A DNA stretch of 64,000 bases from Nautiliales bacterium (GCA_030826765.1 JAUUDM010000012.1:8664-72663), one strand, 5' to 3'. Counted from the first letter of the stretch, positions 46,564-56,518 are shown. Numbers and translations are program-made. The notes: generated by a model not told the origin, from the letters alone.

Positions 46564-46923
46564 ATGAATAGAGCAAAAGTATTGGCTAAAAAAAGCCTTA
46601 AAAGACAAAAAAGAAAATTAAGAATTAGAGGAAAAATCTCTGGAACAGCAGATTTTCCAAGAGTGAGTGTATTTAAATCAAATAAATTCATTTCTGCTCA
46701 AGCTATTGATGATGTAAAAGGTCATACATTAGCTCATGTTGATGGTAGTGCTTTAAAAATTGCATCAAATCAAGAAGGTGCAAAAAAAGCAGCTGAAATT
46801 TTCGCAACTAAATTAAAAGAAGCGGGAATTGAAAAAGTAAAATTTGATAAAAATGGTTATCAATACCACGGTGTTATTAAAGCATTTGCTGATGCTTTAA
46901 GAGACAACGGTATTAAACTATAA
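46564..46923 (+). CDS. rplR: 50S ribosomal protein L18
   Basis: 119 aa with [30 protein letters not shown] and [12 protein letters not shown]. Confidence 0.95.
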   Translation: MNRAKVLAKKSLKRQKRKLRIRGKISGTADFPRVSVFKSNKFISAQAIDDVKGHTLAHVDGSALKIASNQEGAKKAAEIFATKLKEAGIEKVKFDKNGYQYHGVIKAFADALRDNGIKL

Positions 46924-46932
46924 GGTGTGATG

Positions 46933-47403
46933 ATGGCTATAAACATTAAAGATATAAACAAAGAAGATTTTGAAGAAGTTGTAGTTAACGTAGGTAGAAT
47001 TACAAAAGTTGTAAAAGGTGGTAGAAGATTTAGATTCAACGCTCTTGTAGTTGTTGGAAATAAAAACGGAATTGTTGGAGTTGGAACAGGAAAAGCAAAA
47101 GAAGTTCCTGATGCAATTAAAAAAGCTGTTGATGATGCTATGAAATCACTTGTTGATGTAAGTGGAGCAATCAATGGTACAACAATTAATCACGATGTTC
47201 AAGTAAAATATAATTCAAGTGTAATTTTATTAAAACCAGCAAGTGAAGGGACAGGGACAATTGCCGGTGGTGCAGTTAGACCAGTATTAGAACTTGCAGG
47301 AATTAAAGATATTCTTACAAAATCATTAGGTTCAAATGAACCACATAACTTAGTTCATGCAACAATTAATGCATTAACTAAAATTAAAACTAAAAAACAA
47401 TAA
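46933..47403 (+). CDS. rpsE: 30S ribosomal protein S5
   Basis: [31 protein letters not shown]. The ORF opens with three tandem candidate starts (GTG 46927, ATG 46930, ATG 46933). 46933 gives the best spacing from SD AAGGTG. Confidence 0.9.
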   Translation: MAINIKDINKEDFEEVVVNVGRITKVVKGGRRFRFNALVVVGNKNGIVGVGTGKAKEVPDAIKKAVDDAMKSLVDVSGAINGTTINHDVQVKYNSSVILLKPASEGTGTIAGGAVRPVLELAGIKDILTKSLGSNEPHNLVHATINALTKIKTKKQ

Positions 47404-47412
47404 GGGTTGAAA

Positions 47413-47811
47413 ATGGCATTACATAATTTACAACCAGCAGAAGGTTCTACTCATCCAACTAAAAGAGTTGGTAGAGGTCAAGGTAGTGGAACTGGTAAAA
47501 CATCTGCTAGAGGACAAAAAGGTGCTAAATCTAGAACTGGGTACTCAAGAAAACTAGGATTTGAAGGTGGGCAACAACCACTTCAAAGAAGATTACCAAA
47601 AGTTGGATTTACTTCAAGAGTAGTTAAACCTTTAGCTATTAATGTAGTAAAATATCCAGCTATTAAAGAATTAGAAGAAATTACAATGGAAACACTAAAA
47701 CCAGTAGTAAAATATGCTAAAAGTGTAACAAAAATTAAACTTATCGGAAGTGAAGCGAAAACTTTAAAAGATAAAATTAAAGATAACAATATTACAACTT
47801 CTGGAAAGTAA
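47413..47811 (+). CDS. rplO: 50S ribosomal protein L15
   Basis: [26 protein letters not shown]... ATG 47413 is preceded by SD AAGGG. The ORF-track TTG 47407 is less likely. Confidence 0.9.
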   Translation: MALHNLQPAEGSTHPTKRVGRGQGSGTGKTSARGQKGAKSRTGYSRKLGFEGGQQPLQRRLPKVGFTSRVVKPLAINVVKYPAIKELEEITMETLKPVVKYAKSVTKIKLIGSEAKTLKDKIKDNNITTSGK

Positions 47812-47812
47812 T

Positions 47813-49066
47813 ATGAATCCTATAGCAAAAAAAATCCTAATTACTCTTGGATTTTTGCTAGTATATAGGATTCTTGCCTATGTACCAGTGCCAGGAGTAA
47901 ATATTAGTGTAGTTAAAGAATTTTTTACTTCTCACAGTGGTGATGCTCTTGGTATGCTAAATATGTTTAGTGGAAATGCCGTGAGCAGATTATCTATCAT
48001 TTCTTTAGGTATTATGCCTTATATCACAGCTTCAATTATTATGGAATTATTAGCGGCTACTTTTCCAAATCTTGGTAAATTAAAAAAAGAAGAGATGGAA
48101 AAATATATGCAAGTTATCAGATATGCAACTGTAGTTATTACACTAATTCAAGCTATTGGTGTTAGTGTAGGACTTCAAAGTATGACTGGTAAAAATGGTG
48201 AAAGTGCTATAATGATTGATAGTAATACTTTTATTTTGGTATCTGCATTTAGTATGTTAGCTGGGACTATGGTACTTATGTGGATAGGTGAGCAAATCAC
48301 TCAAAAAGGTGTAGGAAACGGTATTAGTTTAATTATTTTCGCAGGTATTGTATCAAGTATTCCAACAGCAATTGCTGGAACATTTGAAAGTGTAAATACT
48401 GGTGAGCTTAATGTAATAGTTTTACTTGCAATTATTGCAATTATGCTTATTACAATAGGTGCTATTATTTATGTGGAATTAGGTGAAAGAAGAGTACCTG
48501 TTTCATATCAAAGAAAAGTACTTATGCAAAATAGTAAAAAAAGAATAATGAACTATATTCCTATTAAAGTGAATTTAAGTGGAGTTATTCCTCCAATTTT
48601 TGCAAGTGCAGTTTTAATGTTTCCAACGACTGTATTGCAAGCAGCAACGAATCCAGTATTAGTTGCAATTAGAGATTTTTTAAATCCAAATGGATTATTT
48701 TTTAACTTTTTAATGTTTTTATTTGTAATATTTTTTGCATATTTTTATGCATCAATTACATTTAATTCAAAAGATATTTCAGAAAACTTAAAAAAACAAG
48801 GTGGTTTTATTCCAGGTATTAGACCAGGAAAACATACTGCAGAATTTTTAAATGAAGTAGCGAGTAGATTAACATTTTGGGGTGCAATATACTTAGGTAT
48901 TATTGCCGTTGTTCCTTGGTTACTTGTAAAATCAATGGGAGTGCCTTTCTATTTTGGTGGAACGGCAGTTTTAATTGTAGTTCAAGTAGCAATCGATACA
49001 ATGAGAAAAATTCAAGCTCAAATGATGATGCAAAAATATGATACTCTTTCAGCTACTGGACTTTAA
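47813..49066 (+). CDS. secY: Preprotein translocase subunit SecY
   Basis: 417 aa with ten TM segments and SecY motifs (SIISLGIMPYITASII, GISLIIFAGIV). Confidence 0.95.
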   Translation: MNPIAKKILITLGFLLVYRILAYVPVPGVNISVVKEFFTSHSGDALGMLNMFSGNAVSRLSIISLGIMPYITASIIMELLAATFPNLGKLKKEEMEKYMQVIRYATVVITLIQAIGVSVGLQSMTGKNGESAIMIDSNTFILVSAFSMLAGTMVLMWIGEQITQKGVGNGISLIIFAGIVSSIPTAIAGTFESVNTGELNVIVLLAIIAIMLITIGAIIYVELGERRVPVSYQRKVLMQNSKKRIMNYIPIKVNLSGVIPPIFASAVLMFPTTVLQAATNPVLVAIRDFLNPNGLFFNFLMFLFVIFFAYFYASITFNSKDISENLKKQGGFIPGIRPGKHTAEFLNEVASRLTFWGAIYLGIIAVVPWLLVKSMGVPFYFGGTAVLIVVQVAIDTMRKIQAQMMMQKYDTLSATGL

Positions 49067-49160
49067 TCTTTTCTTTTCCCTTTTGGGAAACAATCAACAA
49101 ATTACAAATATATTTACAAATTATGTTAAAATACGAAATATTTAAATTAAGGAATAAAAA

Positions 49161-49919
49161 TTGGCAATACCTTTAAGAAAAAAAAGTGAAATTGAAGAAA
49201 TAAAAAAACCTGCACAGGTAGTTGCAAAAGCATTAGACTTAGCTAGAAGTATGGCAAAAGTTGGTGCAACTGGATTAGAAATTGATAAAGCAGTGGAAGA
49301 TTTTATTGTAAAAAATGGAGGAAGACCATCTTTTAAAGGTTTATATGGATTTCCAAATAGTGTATGTGTAAGTGTGAATGAAGTTATTATTCACGGAATT
49401 CCAAATGATATTCCTTTTAAAGAGGGTGATGTAGTTGGATTTGATATTGGAGTTGAAATGAATGGTTGGTATGGTGATGCGGCCATTACAGTTGGAATCG
49501 GAGAGATTAGCGAGAAAGACCAAGAATTAATTGATGTAAGTCGTGATACACTTTATAAAATGATTGATTCAATTAAAGTTGGTATGAGATTTAAACAACT
49601 TAGCAAAATCGCCGAAGATTATATAATTTCAAGAGGTTATGTTCCTTTAAGAGATTATTCAGGACACGGAATTGGAAGAAAACCACATGAAGAACCTCAA
49701 ATATTAAATTATGTAGAAGGAAAACCAAATCAAGGTGATAAAATTAAAAATGGAATGGTGTTTTGTTTAGAACCTATGATTTGTCAAGAAAGTGGAGAGA
49801 GTGCAACACTTGAAGATGGATGGGGAGTTGTAAGTGTGGACGGTAAAAGAGGAACTCACTATGAGCATCAAATAGCAATAGTAGATAATAAACCAGTAAT
49901 ATTAACACAAGGAGAATAA
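49161..49919 (+). CDS. map: Type I methionine aminopeptidase
   Basis: 252 aa with metal ligands in GFDIGVEMNGWYGDAA, SGHGIG and CLEPM..., HYEHQI. TTG start. Confidence 0.9.
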   Translation: MAIPLRKKSEIEEIKKPAQVVAKALDLARSMAKVGATGLEIDKAVEDFIVKNGGRPSFKGLYGFPNSVCVSVNEVIIHGIPNDIPFKEGDVVGFDIGVEMNGWYGDAAITVGIGEISEKDQELIDVSRDTLYKMIDSIKVGMRFKQLSKIAEDYIISRGYVPLRDYSGHGIGRKPHEEPQILNYVEGKPNQGDKIKNGMVFCLEPMICQESGESATLEDGWGVVSVDGKRGTHYEHQIAIVDNKPVILTQGE

Positions 49920-50135
49920 ATGGCAAAAGATGATGTTTTAGAGGTAGATGGAATTGTTACAGATACATTACCAAATGCAACATTTAAAGTAAAACTTGAT
50001 ACAGGGCATGAACTTTTATGTCATATTTCAGGTAAAATTAGAATGCATTATATTAGAATAGTTGCAGGAGATAAAGTAAAAGTAGAATTAAATCCTTATT
50101 CATTAGATAAAGGTAGAATTACATATAGATATTAA
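49920..50135 (+). CDS. infA: Translation initiation factor IF-1
   Basis: 71 aa starting [47 protein letters not shown] (S1-like fold). Confidence 0.95.
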   Translation: MAKDDVLEVDGIVTDTLPNATFKVKLDTGHELLCHISGKIRMHYIRIVAGDKVKVELNPYSLDKGRITYRY

Positions 50136-50144
50136 GGGAAAGTC

Positions 50145-50744
50145 ATGAAAAAAATAATTTTAGCATTATTAGTAGTAAGTGGTTTATTTGCTTTAACAAC
50201 TGATCAAAAATTTGATTTAATTTTGAATAAATTAAATAATATTGATACAAAAGTAAATACTCTAAATAAAAGAGTTGATACAATTGAAAAAAAAGTTAAT
50301 AAAACTGAAGAAGATCAAAAAAAAATTGAAATTAAACAAAAAACTATAGCTAAAAATGTAATAGAAGTAAAATCAAAATCTTGTGATAATATGAAAATTG
50401 TAGATTTTGATTATGAGCCTACAACTATTGGACTTGATAAAGGTTTTAAATTGGGTTTTAAAATTAAAAATAGATATAAAAAAACTATAGAAAATATAAA
50501 TATAATAATAAATTTTAGAGACTCTAATGATAATAATTTATTAACTGAATCTTTAATTAAAAATAATCTTGATATTAAACCTGGAAAAGTTAAATATGTA
50601 ACAGATTTATATGATTCTACAGTAATGGAAAATAATTTAGCACAATATTTACCAACAACACCTAAAAAAGATATTCATTTAGAAATAAAGCCTCTTTATA
50701 TTAAATTCAGTGATGGATCTGTAGTTAGATGTAGTAGATGGTAA
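50145..50744 (+). CDS. Hypothetical secreted protein (signal peptide, coiled-coil, beta-rich C-terminal domain)
   Basis: 199 aa with MKKIILALLVVSGLFA and a heptad-like NKLNNIDTKVNTLNKRVDTIEKKVNK. I recognise no family. Confidence 0.35.
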   Translation: MKKIILALLVVSGLFALTTDQKFDLILNKLNNIDTKVNTLNKRVDTIEKKVNKTEEDQKKIEIKQKTIAKNVIEVKSKSCDNMKIVDFDYEPTTIGLDKGFKLGFKIKNRYKKTIENINIIINFRDSNDNNLLTESLIKNNLDIKPGKVKYVTDLYDSTVMENNLAQYLPTTPKKDIHLEIKPLYIKFSDGSVVRCSRW

Positions 50745-50745
50745 G

Positions 50746-52242
50746 TTATTTACCTATCATCTCTTCTATCTTTTCTTTAATTTTCATTTCTGCTATTTCT
50801 TTATTTAAATAATTAAAATCTGTTTTATCAATTAATTTTACTTTTGCTCTTGTAATTGCAACATAATATAAATTTAGTTCATCTATTTGAGATTGTTCTT
50901 TGCAGTTATTTAGAAAAAAATTAAGATAACCTTCATTTGGTTTTTTTAAATTTTCACTATCTTTAAACCACATAGCTATACTAGAATAACAAGGAAAATC
51001 ATCACATATCGTAACTTGGTCAAATTCCAATCCTTTAGCAGTGTGTGCGGTTGTTAAAAAGAGATTTGAATCTGAAGTTTTATAATATTCTTTAGCTTTT
51101 TTATAAATTTTTTCTAAATTATCTATTTTAGCTACTTTTACAGCTGTTAATAGTTCTATATCTTCATCAGCTATTTCTTCTATATAATTTAAAATATCTG
51201 TGTATTGCTCTTTTTTTCTTTTTGATAAAGATTTAAATTCTCTATCAAATGATTTAAGATAATTAAATTCTTTGTCTAATTTTTCTTTGTTTTCTAATTT
51301 ATTTAGATTTAAGGCAAGTCCAAAAATAGCAGAAGGTTCACGAATAGTTTTGAATTTCTTTTTATCTTCTATTAAATATTTCATTTGTAAAATAAGTTCT
51401 GCATTTGTTCTGGAAATAATTGCTTTTGTTTTAATTGTTTTATTATTTCCTAAACCTTTAAGGTTAGCTTTTTCATTTTTAAATATTTGTAAAAAATTAG
51501 TAGCTTTAAAAGCAATTTTTTCATCAAATCTAAAAGAGTGTGTCAAAAAAGCAATTTTTGCTTTAAGTTTATTTATAGCGTTTATGCTTCCTCTAAATGA
51601 GTAAATTTGTTGATGCCTGTCTCCAACTATTATTTTTTGCTTTGCTGGTAAATTATAAAAGATAGATAGAGTAACATCATTAGTATCTTGTGCTTCATCA
51701 AGCAAAATCATATCATATTCATTAAAAGTAATGTTTTGTGAAATTAAATCTAATTGAAATTTTTTAAGATAAAAAGAGTGATTAACTGATAGTTTTTTAT
51801 TTAACATATCTTCAAATATAGTTTTGGCTAATCTTTTTTCATCTGTCATAGTTTCTTCATTAAAACCACTGCTTGCAGAATTACAAAAATTTTCAAATAT
51901 AATTTTTGCATTATATGCTGTTGTATAATCAATATTATAAATTTGAGCTATTTCCATTGTAGAATAATTTTGTTTTAGTTTATATCCATATCTATGAATA
52001 ACATAATTATAAGCAAGAGAGTGTGTAGTTTTTACCCACGTATTTGTACCTTTAAACTTTTCAAAAGCTTCATCTGCTATTGCCTTATTAAAGGCAATAT
52101 ACAATTTTCTTCCTTTAATTTGTTTTGCTGCCTCTGTAAGTAAAGTAGTCTTTCCAGTTCCCGCAAAAGCGATAATTTTTAGAAATTTTTCACCATTTTT
52201 TATGAGATTTAATATATTTTGTTGTTCATTTGTAAGTTTCAT
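50746..52242 (-). CDS. Superfamily-1 (UvrD/Rep/FBH1-like) DNA helicase
   Basis: 498 aa with Walker A AFAGTGKTTLL, motif II ILLDEAQD, motif III IVGDRHQQIYSFRG and C-terminal motifs TAHTAKGLEFDQV and YVAITRAK. Confidence 0.75.
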   Translation of the reverse strand: MKLTNEQQNILNLIKNGEKFLKIIAFAGTGKTTLLTEAAKQIKGRKLYIAFNKAIADEAFEKFKGTNTWVKTTHSLAYNYVIHRYGYKLKQNYSTMEIAQIYNIDYTTAYNAKIIFENFCNSASSGFNEETMTDEKRLAKTIFEDMLNKKLSVNHSFYLKKFQLDLISQNITFNEYDMILLDEAQDTNDVTLSIFYNLPAKQKIIVGDRHQQIYSFRGSINAINKLKAKIAFLTHSFRFDEKIAFKATNFLQIFKNEKANLKGLGNNKTIKTKAIISRTNAELILQMKYLIEDKKKFKTIREPSAIFGLALNLNKLENKEKLDKEFNYLKSFDREFKSLSKRKKEQYTDILNYIEEIADEDIELLTAVKVAKIDNLEKIYKKAKEYYKTSDSNLFLTTAHTAKGLEFDQVTICDDFPCYSSIAMWFKDSENLKKPNEGYLNFFLNNCKEQSQIDELNLYYVAITRAKVKLIDKTDFNYLNKEIAEMKIKEKIEEMIGK

Positions 52243-52313
52243 TTAGCTCTTTTGTTTTTAAGCGAATTATAATATAATTCTACTCTTAAAAAAATATAAT
52301 AAAGGACAAATAA

Positions 52314-53351
52314 ATGAAAAAAAAATTATTTAACTACAATTGTCCAATGCATAAAGGCTCAACAAGTTCAATTATCAATGGTTGTACAGAAGGTATAATT
52401 AATTTAAATAAACTTAGTTATAAATGGGCTTATAATTTATGGGAAATGATGCTTGCAAATACTTGGTTTCCAAAAGAAGTAGATTTAACAGAAGATGCAA
52501 GACAATATAGAAACTTATTACCAAGTGAAAAAAGAATGTATGATAAAGTTCTTAGTCAACTTATTTTTATGGATTCAATTCAAACAAATAATTCAGTAGA
52601 TAATGTAAATCCTTGGATCACTGCTCCAGAAGTTAATATGTGTTTAGTTAGACAAGCTTTCGAAGAAGCACTTCATTCACAAAGTTATGCAGTAATGGTT
52701 GATAGTATTAGTATGAATACTGATGAAATTTATGAAATGTGGAGAAGTGATACTCAATTAAAAGGTAAAAATGAATTTATTGGTAATGTTTATGAAACTT
52801 ATGGACAAAAAGCTATAGATGGTGATGATGAAGCAAAAATTTATATGGCAGTAGCTAATCAATGTTTAGAAGGAATCTATTTTTATAGTGGGTTTGCTGG
52901 AATTTATGTTTTGGCAAGAGCTGGAAAAATGCTTGGAAGTGCACAAATGATTAGATTTATTCAAAGAGATGAAATTACACATCTTCAACTTTTTGCAAAT
53001 ATTTATAAAGAAATTCAAAAAGAAAATCCTGAACTTTTTACAGATAAAGTTATTCAAAATGTTAGAGATATGTTTTATCAAGCTTATGAACTTGAAAGAG
53101 ATTGGGGATATTATATTACAAATGAAGAAATTTTAGGATTTAGCAATAAACTTATTGATGATTTTATTAAATATCTTACAAATAAAAGACTTCATGCTAT
53201 TGGACTTGAACCACTATTTCCTGAAGTTGGTAATAAAAATCCACTTTCTTGGTTTGATAGTTTTGGAAGTTTTAATGAACAAAAAACTAACTTTTTTGAA
53301 GCAAATGTAACAAATTATTCAAAAGGAAGTTTAGATTTTGATGACTTCTAA
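52314..53351 (+). CDS. nrdB: Class Ia ribonucleotide reductase beta subunit
   Basis: 345 aa with di-iron/tyrosyl motifs (EEALHSQSY, EGIYFYSGF, RDEITHL). Confidence 0.9.
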   Translation: MKKKLFNYNCPMHKGSTSSIINGCTEGIINLNKLSYKWAYNLWEMMLANTWFPKEVDLTEDARQYRNLLPSEKRMYDKVLSQLIFMDSIQTNNSVDNVNPWITAPEVNMCLVRQAFEEALHSQSYAVMVDSISMNTDEIYEMWRSDTQLKGKNEFIGNVYETYGQKAIDGDDEAKIYMAVANQCLEGIYFYSGFAGIYVLARAGKMLGSAQMIRFIQRDEITHLQLFANIYKEIQKENPELFTDKVIQNVRDMFYQAYELERDWGYYITNEEILGFSNKLIDDFIKYLTNKRLHAIGLEPLFPEVGNKNPLSWFDSFGSFNEQKTNFFEANVTNYSKGSLDFDDF

Positions 53352-54030
53352 AAGTATTCCAATTAGTGAAATTTTTTATTCAATCCAAGGAGAAGGAAAG
53401 TATAGTGGTCATCCTTCTTTATTTATTAGAGTAGGAGGCTGTAATCTAACTTGCCCTGGATTTTCTTCTCACGGATGTGATAGTTTCTATGCAGTTGATA
53501 AAAAATATAAATCATCTTGGAAAATGATGAGTGTAAATGAATTAATTGTAGAGATTGAAAAATATTATCCTTGTGATATTATTTTAACAGGTGGAGAGCC
53601 TACTTTATATTATCAAAAATTTTATCCAATAATTGAGAAGTTTAAAAATATAACAATAGAAACGAATACTACTATCGATATAGATTTTGATAAATATCCA
53701 GCTTTTAAAGATGTAAGCTTTGCTATGAGTGTAAAACTTTCAAATAGTGGTGAAGAGTATTCTAAAAGAGTAAATAAAAAAGCTATAAAAAATATAGCTA
53801 AAAATGCAAAAAAGAGTTTTTTTAAATTTGTAATTAATTCTGATGTAAATTCTGAAATAGAAGATATAATAAAAGAAATAAATTTGCCAATCTACTGTAT
53901 GCCTCTTGGTGAAACAAAAGGAGAATTGGAAAAAAATGCTATATTTACTTTTGAATTTTGCCTAAAACACAACTATTTTTATAGTGATAGAATTCATATT
54001 AGACTTTTTAGTAAAAAAAAAGGAGTTTAA
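53338..54030 (+). CDS. queE: 7-carboxy-7-deazaguanine synthase (radical SAM)
   Basis: 230 aa with ISEIFYSIQGEGKYSGHPSLFIRVGGCNLTC. It overlaps the nrdB 3' end by 14 nt. Confidence 0.85.
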   Translation: MMTSKSIPISEIFYSIQGEGKYSGHPSLFIRVGGCNLTCPGFSSHGCDSFYAVDKKYKSSWKMMSVNELIVEIEKYYPCDIILTGGEPTLYYQKFYPIIEKFKNITIETNTTIDIDFDKYPAFKDVSFAMSVKLSNSGEEYSKRVNKKAIKNIAKNAKKSFFKFVINSDVNSEIEDIIKEINLPIYCMPLGETKGELEKNAIFTFEFCLKHNYFYSDRIHIRLFSKKKGV

Positions 54031-54872
54031 GTTTTACTTAAATTTTCTACTTTTTTTATAAATAAAATTCCAATAATTGAAGAAATTAAGTTTATTATAA
54101 AAAATAAAAATGCAACTATTACACCAGTTGCAGGATTTAGATGTAATAATTCAAGTCCATATAAAAAAGTAAGTTCTCTAAGTCCCACTCCTCCTATTGA
54201 TATTGGAATACTGCTAACAACTGATGAAATTAAAAATAGAATAGAAAAATCGATTAAATGTTCTTTAATTCCAAATGAAAAAAGTATAAAAATAAAACTT
54301 AATACTTGTAATGATTGAATAATAATTGAATAGTTTAAGTTTTTATAAAAAGAAGGTTTAAATTCTATAAAAAAAAGTTTATGTATAAAATATAAAGCAA
54401 ATGGAGATACTATTAAAAGCAGTACTCCAAAAGCTAAAAATGAAGTAAATGAGCTAAAAAACAGTAATATTGACATTAAAATAAATATTGCAAAAAGTCC
54501 AGAAACTCTATCTATCAAAAGAGATTTGATTATAAGCTTATATCCTTTGTTAAATGATTTTTGAAATTTATAAGCTTTATAAGCATCTCCTCCAATTCCT
54601 CCTGGAAGTATAGTATTATAAAACATTCCAACATAATAAAGCATTAATTGATATTTAAAAGTTGGGGTAATATCTATATTTGCCAAATAAGTATGGACTC
54701 TTTTTGCAGATATTATTTGAGAGAGATTAAATATAATTAGAGCTACTAAAAGCCAAAAAGGCTCTTTTAATTCTATTTTTTTTAGCTCATCTATATTTAA
54801 TTTATGAAAAATTATCCAAAATGCAAATATAATAAAAGATATTTTTATAACTAATTTAATTTTGTTTTTCAT
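54027..54872 (-). CDS. UPF0104 / LPG-synthase-TM (flippase-like) integral membrane protein
   Basis: 281 aa with about 8 TM helices and the motif YNTILPGGIGGDAYKAY typical of the family. It overlaps the upstream GT2 gene by 17 nt. Confidence 0.6.
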   Translation of the reverse strand: MKNKIKLVIKISFIIFAFWIIFHKLNIDELKKIELKEPFWLLVALIIFNLSQIISAKRVHTYLANIDITPTFKYQLMLYYVGMFYNTILPGGIGGDAYKAYKFQKSFNKGYKLIIKSLLIDRVSGLFAIFILMSILLFFSSFTSFLAFGVLLLIVSPFALYFIHKLFFIEFKPSFYKNLNYSIIIQSLQVLSFIFILFSFGIKEHLIDFSILFLISSVVSSIPISIGGVGLRELTFLYGLELLHLNPATGVIVAFLFFIINLISSIIGILFIKKVENLSKT

Positions 54873-55800
54873 TATTATCTTTAGTAACTATTTCTTTAAT
54901 CACATAAGGCTTTTTGTTTTGTGATTCATAATAAGTTCTTGTTAGTAATTCTGCTATAAATCCTGTTGTAATTAATTGAATACCACCAATTATAAGCATA
55001 GTTCCAAGTGTAAGAAGAGGTCTTCCCCCTATATTTTCTCCAAAAAGTTTCAAAACTAAGAGATAAAAATCTATTAACATACCAGAACTAAACATTATAA
55101 ATCCAATACTTCCAAAAAAGTGCATTGGTTTTTGACTAAATCTTTGCATAAATACTAAATACATTAAATCACTGATAACTTTGAAAGTTCTATTGAATCC
55201 ATATTTACTGCTTCCAAATTGTCTTTCGTGATGTTTTACAGGAACTTCTGTGATTTTTGCACCATACATTTTGGCTAAAATTGGAATAAATCTATGAAGT
55301 TCTCCATAAAGTTGTAAATTTTTAGCTACATCTTTTTTGAATACTTTTAAAGTACAACCATAATCAGTAATATGAACTCCTGTAACTTTTCTGATAATTT
55401 TATTTGCTATTTTACTAAGGAATTTTCTTACAGGTTCATCTTGTCTTTTGGCTCTAATCCCTGCAACTACATCATAACCTTCATTTAATTTTTCTATCAT
55501 CATTGGAATATCACTTGGATCATTTTGCAAATCCCCATCCATTGTAACTATCAAATCACCCTCAGCTATTTCTATTCCAGCTGCCATTGCAGGAGTTTGT
55601 CCATAATTTCTATTTAAAATAACAAGTTTTGTTTTATCATTCATATATTTTTTAATTTCATTTATTGTATTATCTGTGCTTCCGTCATCTACTAAAATAA
55701 GTTCATACTCAAAATTTTTTAAAGCTTCATCAACCTGTTCAATCAAAGGCCTTATATTTTCTTCTTCATTCATTAAAGAAACTACTACTGAAAGTTGCAT
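54856..55800 (-). CDS. Family-2 glycosyltransferase, polyprenyl-phosphate sugar synthase type (ArnC/GtrB/DPM1-like)
   Basis: 314 aa with LSVVVSLMNEEENI...ELILVDDGSTDNT...TMDGDLQNDP and two C-terminal TM helices. Confidence 0.8.
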   Translation of the reverse strand: MQLSVVVSLMNEEENIRPLIEQVDEALKNFEYELILVDDGSTDNTINEIKKYMNDKTKLVILNRNYGQTPAMAAGIEIAEGDLIVTMDGDLQNDPSDIPMMIEKLNEGYDVVAGIRAKRQDEPVRKFLSKIANKIIRKVTGVHITDYGCTLKVFKKDVAKNLQLYGELHRFIPILAKMYGAKITEVPVKHHERQFGSSKYGFNRTFKVISDLMYLVFMQRFSQKPMHFFGSIGFIMFSSGMLIDFYLLVLKLFGENIGGRPLLTLGTMLIIGGIQLITTGFIAELLTRTYYESQNKKPYVIKEIVTKDNNEKQN

Positions 55801-55832
55801 TTAATTCCTTTTTTTTTGATATTATATCATTT

Positions 55833-56369
55833 ATGAAAAGAATTATTAAATTTTTATTTTTAATCTTATGGATTATTTTATCTTTTGTTGTTATGTGGCT
55901 TGCAATTATTAGAATAGGTGGAAATTTTCATCAAGTAGCACCAGGAGTATATAGAAGTGCCCAGCTTTATGAGTATAATTTTGATAAATTTTATCAAAAA
56001 TATCATTTTAAAACTATCCTTAATTTAATAGGTAAAAGGGAAGATAAAAAATGGTATCAATATGAAATAAAATTTTGTAAAAAACATAATATTACACATA
56101 TTGATTTTCGTATGAGTGATAAAAAGATACAGAGTATAGCTAAAATGAAAAAGCTTATTTCTATTATTAAAAATTCTAAAAAGCCTATTTTAATTCATTG
56201 TAGAAGCGGTGTTGATAGAACTGGATTAGCAAGTGCTTTATATTTATATAGTTTAGGGGATAAAAACAATAGTATGTTAAGTTTAAAATATGGACATTTT
56301 CCATATTTAGGCTCTCCTACTAAAGCTATGGATGAGAGTTATAAGAACTATAAACAATTAACTAAATAA
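55833..56369 (+). CDS. Membrane-anchored CX5R (dual-specificity/tyrosine phosphatase-fold) phosphatase
   Basis: 178 aa with an N-terminal TM helix (FLFLILWIILSFVVMWLAII) and the active-site loop HCRSGVDRTG. Confidence 0.7.
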   Translation: MKRIIKFLFLILWIILSFVVMWLAIIRIGGNFHQVAPGVYRSAQLYEYNFDKFYQKYHFKTILNLIGKREDKKWYQYEIKFCKKHNITHIDFRMSDKKIQSIAKMKKLISIIKNSKKPILIHCRSGVDRTGLASALYLYSLGDKNNSMLSLKYGHFPYLGSPTKAMDESYKNYKQLTK

Positions 56370-56405
56370 ACGAAACAACTGTAAATTTTAACGGAAAAAA
56401 GCGTT

Positions 56406-56452
56406 AAAAAAGTGTGCTTCAAACCCGAAGGGCGCTTGCGTTGACACTTTTT
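56406..56452. terminator. GC-rich structured element between convergent genes (candidate bidirectional terminator)
   Basis: AAAAAAGTGT ... CCCGAAGGGCGC ... ACACTTTTT. The outer arms are complementary, the core is GC-rich, and an A-run and a T-run flank it. Confidence 0.35.
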
Positions 56453-56518
56453 AGCTTTTTAGAGTGTTAAGAAATTTGCTTTATTGTTGAGAGTTTTAGT
56501 AAATTGTTATTTTATTTG

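Noticed and set aside
50136-50144. Absence of rpmJ-rpsM-rpsK-rpsD-rpoA-rplQ after infA, and of adk between secY and map, considered as a deletion or rearrangement
   Set aside because: Separation of the alpha operon from the spc cluster and lack of adk at this position are normal gene orders in Campylobacterota. No scar or pseudogene fragment is visible.
52264-52280. ATTATAAT-type palindromes in divergent promoter regions (52264-52280, 38163-38177, 5623-5630), considered as shared operator sites
   Set aside because: ATTATAAT is its own reverse complement, so it simply provides a -10 hexamer on both strands of divergent promoters in an AT-rich genome. The similarity between sites does not extend convincingly beyond the -10 context.
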